Source of the DNA: Chiloscyllium plagiosum
Taxonomy: Eukaryota
DNA length: 38,274 nucleotides
Assembly (NCBI RefSeq): GCF_004010195.1
Contig: NC_057718.1
Span: 991,389-1,029,662, forward strand
Direction: 5' to 3'
Shown here: positions 36,261 through 38,274 of the stretch, in pieces
Layout of the letters: each line of letters starts with the position of its first letter
How positions within the stretch are numbered: position 1 is the stretch's first letter
Program-made: the position numbers and the translations under genes
Notes under the pieces: generated by a model
The model's database searches: none
Told to the model about the DNA's origin: nothing
The model's input: the letters and a program-made list of their open reading frames with translations, nothing else

Positions 36261-36501
36261 CTTCCAATTAAACCTGTTAGACTATAACCTGGTGTTGTGT
36301 GATTTTTAACTTTCCACACAGAGAAACTGACACCCAGGGAGACTGATACACACGGAATTCCTTCCCTTCCCCACCCCTATCTGGGTTCCGCAGAGTTGTG
36401 TTGGAGGGTTGGGTCAGTCTCCCTGGGTGTCAGTCTCTCTGTGTGGAAAGTTAAAAATCACACAACACCAGGTTATAGTCTAACAGGTTTAATTGGAAGC
36501 A

Positions 36502-36536
36502 CACTAGCTTTCGGAGCGTCGCTCCTTCATCAGGTG
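36502..36536 (-). ncRNA. Minimal hammerhead ribozyme motif (family B), mirror copy
   Basis: Reverse complement is identical to 36226-36260. Confidence 0.75.
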
Positions 36537-37006
36537 ATATCACGAGGGCATTGTTGATCACGTGTGAGGGAAACTGTGATGAACTTTGACTTAATTTTAC
36601 ATTTTTATTATTATGTATGACTTCTGTCATTGATGTAAGTGTTATGGTGGGGCAATTTATAAAACTTGTCACAGTATTTTTCATGTAAATGTACATGTGA
36701 CAATGAATTTCTATTCTATTTTGTATATCTACAGGAGGTTCAGTGACTTGATATTTTGTCTGTTGAGCAGCTTTTCCTACTCCTCGATTGACAGAAGAAG
36801 CCACAAAAGCATCATGTCCTTGAACAGATCGCCATGGAGCTGAGAGAGAGAACACAAAGACTGAAAGAGATGACTCCACCTCCTCTCAGTAGTTCTCTAA
36901 ACAAAACAAATCTCAGCATTAAACTGGTGAGAGGCTGACAACAGTGTGGAATCTAATCCCACTGTCCCTACCCCTAGCCCATGTTTCCAGCCGCTGCTAA
37001 TACAGA

Positions 37007-37378
37007 ATGTGGTCCAGCAGGGTTCTCATTGAAACCTGTTTATGGGCTCTGATTGTGAATGCTTGGCTCTGGATAACATGTGGTATAGCCCAGAATAGCA
37101 GTGAGGAGCACAGTCAGGAAGGGACAGCCCTACCCCTGGGCAGTCAGTACAGAACCCATCTTCAGCTCAGCAGAAGGTGCAGACATGTAGCCAACTCGCC
37201 TCAACTGGAGGGCCAACGGTGTCCCAACATGCTTGGCTGTTGGGAGCAGACGTCCCGGAGCAGGCTACAGGACAACGAGAATGGGAGACAGCAGCTTGTG
37301 GGAGTGAAGGAGATGATGTCTCAGATACAAGAGGAGCTGAAAAAGCATCAACATCAAATCAAAGTGCTAGACCTTCAG
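37007..37378 (+). CDS. First coding exon of a predicted secreted coiled-coil protein (possibly fibrinogen-related/angiopoietin-like)
   Basis: ATG with A at -3 and an in-frame upstream TAA (36998-37000). Hydrophobic N-terminus VLIETCLWALIVNAWLWITCGIA, NSS sequon, three further Cys, and heptad-like LVGVKEMMSQIQEELKKHQHQIKVLDLQ. Ends at a phase-0 donor CAG|gtgagc. The sequence does not look like a repeat. Confidence 0.75.
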
Positions 37379-37569
37379 GTGAGCTTGGGAACTGAAAACA
37401 GAAATGCAAATAAAATACTAAAATAATGTTTGTATCTTCAGGGCATCACCAGGTGCCCACATCCAGTACAACAGCATTAAAGTGTCATCAAGCGTGTAGT
37501 GTAAGAACTGCAACAGCCAATTTACAGACAGCAGTGTGGCACCCACCATGCAATGTAGGCACAGGACAG

Positions 37570-37702
37570 AGGGTGAATTCCCCACCTCTTCTTAAAGTAG
37601 TGGCAGGGTCATTTATATCTATCTTAGAAAGCAAAGGAACTGTATGTTTAGCAGCACAGTCGAAATATAGCACCTCCAGTAGTGCAGCACTTCTTCAGTA
37701 CT
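37570..37702 (-). mobile_element. DeuSINE/AmnSINE1-like central domain remnant (plus-strand piece also at ~34155-34185)
   Basis: Minus strand agtactgaagaagtgctgcactactggaggtgc resembles the recalled Deu domain gtactgagggagtgctgcactgtcggaggtgc. Confidence 0.5.
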
Positions 37703-37714
37703 AAGCCTCTGAAA

Positions 37715-38274
37715 CAAACTTGTAAGATCTCAGCTATCTGTAAGAATAATAGTGTAATAATGGTCGGAGATTTTAACTTTCTAAACATCGACTGGGACTG
37801 ACATAGTGATAAAGGTTTAGATGGAGATGAATTTCTTAAATGCGTACAAGACAATTTTCTGATTCAGTATGTGGATGTACCGACTAGAGAAGGTGCAAAA
37901 CTTGACCCACTCTTGGGAAATAAGGCAAGGCAGGTGACTGAGGTGTCAGTGGGGGAGCACTTTGGGGCTCAGCGACCATAATTCCATTCGTTTTAAAATC
38001 GTGATGGAAAAGAATAGACCAGATCTAAAAGTTGAAGTTCTAAATTAGAGAAAGGCCAATTTTGACGGTATTAGGCAAGAACTTTCGAAAGCTGATTGGA
38101 GGCAGATGTTCGCAGATAAAGGGACGGCTGGAAAATGGGAAGCCTTCAGAAATGAGATAACGAGAATCCAGAGAAAGTATATTCCTGTTAGGGTGAAAGG
38201 AAAGGCTGGTAGGTATAGGGAATGCTGGATGACTAAAGAAATTGATGGTTTGGTTAAAAAAAAGAAGGAAGCAT
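37715..38274 (+). mobile_element. CR1 ORF2 fragment (APE C-terminus/linker), runs off the window
   Basis: IMVGDFNFLNIDWD, SDHNSI, KYIPVRVKGKAG; same subfamily as 6490-8990. Confidence 0.88.

Larger units (their letters stand above)
36186..36576. repeat. ~161-bp near-perfect inverted repeat of PLE family B termini, 67-nt spacer, one hammerhead per arm
   Basis: 36186-36346 is the reverse complement of 36414-36576, with one substitution and a 2-nt indel seen. Confidence 0.9.

Noticed and set aside
22614..37007. In-frame CENPO fusion with the downstream secreted protein
   Set aside because: Phase-1 or phase-0 CENPO donors spliced to 36991 or 37006 are out of frame with the ATG at 37007, and TAA at 36998 blocks that frame from the 36991 acceptor.

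Overview
Repeat-rich vertebrate DNA, very probably elasmobranch (shark), judged from HE1-type SINE, CR1 and Penelope-like repeats. It has three N-gaps (5721-5838, 18290-18327, 35613-36112). The + strand carries five coding exons of the kinetochore gene CENPO (4299-4468, 11435-11567, 16045-16310, 22443-22614, 33677-33843). All have GT-AG boundaries and compatible phases; the ATG exon was not identified. About 3.2 kb downstream, a second + strand gene begins (37007-37378), encoding a signal peptide and coiled coil, possibly a fibrinogen/angiopoietin-like N-terminus. The introns hold nested CR1 LINEs (two near full length), a Rex1/Babar LINE, SINEs, DNA-transposon remnants and at least four families of Penelope-like elements (PLEs). 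The most striking unannotated signal is that the PLE-derived insertions carry minimal hammerhead ribozyme motifs (CUGANGA-stem II-GAAA-palindrome-UH). Several are fold-back inverted-repeat elements, five have clean 13-15 bp target-site duplications, and two ~200-bp copies share the same inversion junction at the ribozyme. Family assignments come from motif recognition, not database searches.
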